Source of the DNA: Callorhinchus milii
Lineage: Eukaryota
Direction: 5' to 3'
Length of the DNA: 64,000 nt
Assembly (NCBI RefSeq): GCF_018977255.1
Contig: NW_024704742.1
Span: 46,750,001 to 46,814,000 of the forward strand
In this document: piece by piece, positions 60,420 through 64,000 of the stretch
How the letters are laid out: every line of letters begins with the position of its first letter
How positions within the stretch are numbered: the stretch's first letter is position 1
Position numbers and translations under genes: made by a program
Notes under the pieces: model-generated
The model's input: the letters and a program-made list of their open reading frames with translations, nothing else
Told to the model about the DNA's origin: nothing
Databases searched by the model: none

Positions 60420-61435
60420 CAACAACAACATTAACAACAACAAATTATACTTGGATAGCACCCTTCACGTAAGAAAGACGTGCCAGAGTGCTGGACAATC
60501 AGCGGTTTTGGACCCGAGCTGGAAGTTAGGGTCAGGAGGGGAGGAGGGCAGGGGGTGGGAGGGTAGCTGAAGGCACGGTCAAAGAGGAAGTTCTTTAGAT
60601 GTGACTTGAAGGAGACACGAGTGGGGGTGAGAAGGAGAGATTATGGGATAGAGTTCCATAATGTGAAGGCAGAGATGCTACCCAAAGGCCAATGGTGGGG
60701 CGGGAAATGCAGGGGACATGGAGCAGGCCAGTGTCTGCTGAGCGGAGTGAGTGGACAGGTTGATATGGGGTTAGGAGGTTGCTGGGGTATGGGGGAGCAA
60801 GACCATGGCGGGCTTTGAAGGTAAGGACGAGGGTTTTGAACTTGATTCTCTGAGGGATGGGGAGCCAGTGAAGCTGGGCAAGGATGGGGTGATTAGTTCA
60901 CGGAGCCTGATTAAGGAGAGGATATTAGCTGCAGAGTTCTGAATAAACTGCAGCTTGTGGAGGGAAGAGTTGGGAAATCCAATGAGCAGGCAGTTGGCGT
61001 AGTCAAGCCAGGATGCGACAAAGCATGGATCAGGGTCTCGGGGGCCTGCGGTGAAAGACAGTGGCGGAGATGGGCAATGTTGTGGACGTGGGAAAAGGCG
61101 GAACGGTCACAACCTGAATGTGGGGTTTGAAGGATAGCTGAGGGTCGAACAGGATACTGAGGTTTCATATTGGCTCAGTGATGTGTAGAGTGCAACCATG
61201 AATAATGATACTGTCAGCCCTGAGGGAGGAGACGCTGGTGGGAATCAAGCAGGAGGGCCTCTGTCTTGCCAACGTTCAGCTGGAGGAAGTTGGCTCTCAT
61301 CCAGGACTTGATTTCAGACAGACAATTAGCCAAGATAGCAGTGGTCCTGGAGTCGAGGGAGGAGGCGTCAAGATAGAGTTGGGTGTCATCCACATACATG
61401 TGGAAATTGACCCCATACCTACAGATGATATCATC
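60420..61435 (-). mobile_element. L2 LINE, 5'-truncated
   Basis: Minus ORFs 61214..61615 (HMYVDDTQLY...WMRANFLQLNVGKTEALL) and 60911..61168; (CAA)n tail at 60420. Confidence 0.92.
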
Positions 61436-61479
61436 TTTATAAGTCATCTTGTAAAGATGAAAGAGACTATGAATACAGG

Positions 61480-61790
61480 AAACTGATTTAGTATGCCCCA
61501 AGGCCTCTCTGTTTCTGGCTTGGTCTCCTCTTGCTGAATGTGGTTGACCTCTGTTAACCCCACCGATGTGGCCATTATTGGTACATGAGCTTCCCAGTGA
61601 GTGCCAACAGGACACTTAACTGTAGAGGGGGGAATCACAGCTGATCCTGACCGCTCCCCTTCTGGCTATCCCACACTTGCACATGCAGTAGAGGGTGTTG
61701 TTGAGGAACCAGGAGCAGTGAACATTGGCTGTTTTTCACCTCCTTAACTCTAGGAAGGCTGGGGCCATCTCAGGATTCAACCAGCAAGCT
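61480..61790 (-). mobile_element. Fragment of another old SINE-like repeat (related piece at ~29560-29715)
   Basis: Segment ccacac...caggagcagtgaacattggctgtttttc resembles ccacgtg...gaaatccctggctgaatttccc at ~29565-29635; family assignment uncertain. Confidence 0.35.
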
Positions 61791-63156
61791 TCTGGTTAAT
61801 AAGTTGCAGATATATCCACTCCACTGTTAGAAGCTGCTCGGATGCATGTAATACTTTCTTGCATATTTCTAAACGTATAGCTGCCCCATGGTAGATCCTT
61901 TGTGTTTCTGTTGATAATATAATATCAACAATATAGTCTCTGTGTGTCAGATCTGGTTATAATATGAAATGCTTCCCAAGGAATCTGTTATAATGAGTGT
62001 CAATCTTATGTTCCTATAGAGTTTCCTTGTCACTATATTTGAAGTTTACGCTATCTCATGTGTTTCAGAAAGCTGTCAAACATCCTGTTCGCTTTAAATA
62101 AATAATTTGACCGAATTCAGCCAATGTAACATAGCGCAAAATCATTTAAGCAAACAAAAGTGGGAGAAATAATCCAATCAAGTCTTCAGTCAAATTACTT
62201 AAGATATGCATGATACCCGTGACATGTTTACTTCATTGGGAGAAGATAATCAATGTTTAAGGTTGTTTAAATGGTCTAATAAACCACATTACCTTAACAT
62301 TCACTGCCTCAGTGGCAGAAATTGTACTGATAATTAACCTCTTTTGATTATTTCCAATGAAATGCCATTGGGTGCATCTGAAAACAATGCACCATAGGGA
62401 TAAAAGCGAAAAACCTATTAACATGCATAAATAATCACATTTCCTGCACTCTGCTTTCCACATAGAAAGAACTGATTGAATATAAAAGACTCTCACTAAC
62501 CCTAAATCACTGACTTTCAAATGTTGCTTTGAAGCCACAGCATCCTCTATAAATTTATAATTTATATTTTGAGCATGAAATATTTTTCCCCAAATCTGCA
62601 ATTTCACTTCACCCTAATTTTACAGATCACTTGAAATTTGTGTAAACAGGAGTGACAGTAACATTAGGGGAACATATTGCTGAAACAGGAAATTAGTTAT
62701 TTTGCAATCGGGTACTCTTGGGAATTGTCACAACTGCTTTATGTTTACAGTGATCGGCACCATGAGACAAACTTCTTAACTGAAGCATTTCCAGGTCAGA
62801 GAATTGTGTTACAAGAAAGCTGAACACTTTCCATCAGTAACAGACGCTCAAACTGTTAAATCATTGAACAGTGTTACTTCAGCCATGAAGGAAGAATCTG
62901 CAATTCTGAAATCATTTAGGCACATATTTGTGACTTGGACACAACATTTATTGGGGTGTACGTTGTAGCCCATGTATTTAGTTAGGACATCCACTCCGAT
63001 GTAATCTGCATCTGGGTTGGTGTGACCTACTTCTGGTTTCCAGATGGACTTGCTATCTGCAATTCATAGTCGTTATTTATGACTCCTGTTTGGAATTATT
63101 GCAATTTAGACCCATTTTCTTATAATTTGTCCACACTATTTTGTTAATCTAAGATT

Positions 63157-63350
63157 GGCTCAGTTAGAAGGTTGTGGTTTCAAGTCACATGGTTGAGATT
63201 AGGTTGACACTCATGGTTGACAATGCAGTGCTGGTGGGTGGGCTTCATTGTTGGAGGTGCTGTCCTTTATGAGATTGAATTGACATCTTGTCTGCCTGTC
63301 CAGGTGAATGTTAAAGATCCATGGCACTACTCAAAAAGAGAAGGGAGTTT
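63157..63350 (+). mobile_element. Old DeuSINE 5' fragment
   Basis: ggctcagttagaaggttgtgg...ttggaggtgctgtcctt...aagatccatggcacta. Confidence 0.7.
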
Positions 63351-64000
63351 ACAAGTTGACCAAAAAAAGTGGTCAAAAGCAGTCAATAGTTATCACTAGC
63401 CTTAGGGTGGGAGAGGATATGAGCGGATTCACCCCTCAGGGCTCAGCTGTGACCCGTTCTACAGTTAGGTGTCCTGTTGAGCCACTGACAAGGCTCACGC
63501 TCAATCCTGAGTCCAGTGGAACTGTTAACTGGTTTTAATCGATAATTTTAGTTGATGTGATAATTATCACCGGTAATCATATCGTATTCTACAGTTGTGA
63601 GTCCCTTAAGCCATTTAGACAAACTGGGTCAGACTGAGCCCACATCTATTGTTAGCCAGTTCTGCTATTGAACTGATATAATTATCAGTTCAATGTGGGG
63701 CATGGAATCACATAGTTTAAACTTCTGCTAGTCATTGATTTAATAAGCATGGAATGCAGTTGTCACAAGCAACCAGTCCATACAGAGTACGTCTGACAGG
63801 GATTGACTTCCTCTTGTATAGCTACACTACTTCCATGTACAGGTGCTTCACATGTAAAATCTAAATGAACTGAGCATTGGGGGAACAATATTCTACTTGA
63901 ATAAAATGTCATTGTCAGTCAGTGCTTCGCTCAACATTGATATTTGGGAGTATGCGGATTTCATTATCCAGCCGTCCTATGCTACTGTACACCAATTTTA

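Overview
Eukaryotic (vertebrate) genomic DNA. The repeat content (DeuSINE/SacSINE1-like SINEs, shark-type CR1 and L2 LINEs) points to a cartilaginous fish, possibly a chimaera (inference). One protein-coding gene is reconstructed: a complete 10-exon DTHD1 on the + strand (ATG 21455 to TAG 42854). All nine introns are GT-AG with matching phases, giving a 2850-nt CDS (949 aa) with a ZU5-ZU5-UPA-like region and a death domain, and an RFX X-box ~200 bp upstream of the ATG. The left end holds a candidate non-coding first exon and promoter of a minus-strand gene (ARAP2 by synteny, inference). Next to it is a 3.7-kb, strongly strand-asymmetric tandem array whose minus strand resembles immunoglobulin switch repeats. 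The rest is mostly retroposons: a young tRNA-Ala-derived SINE sharing a covarying 3' hairpin with L2, older DeuSINEs, L2 and CR1 fragments, MITE-like fold-backs and an unclassified repeat. I found no clearly novel gene system; the best leads are the switch-like array and the SINE/L2 hairpin. Repeat boundaries are approximate and family names are by recognition, not database search.
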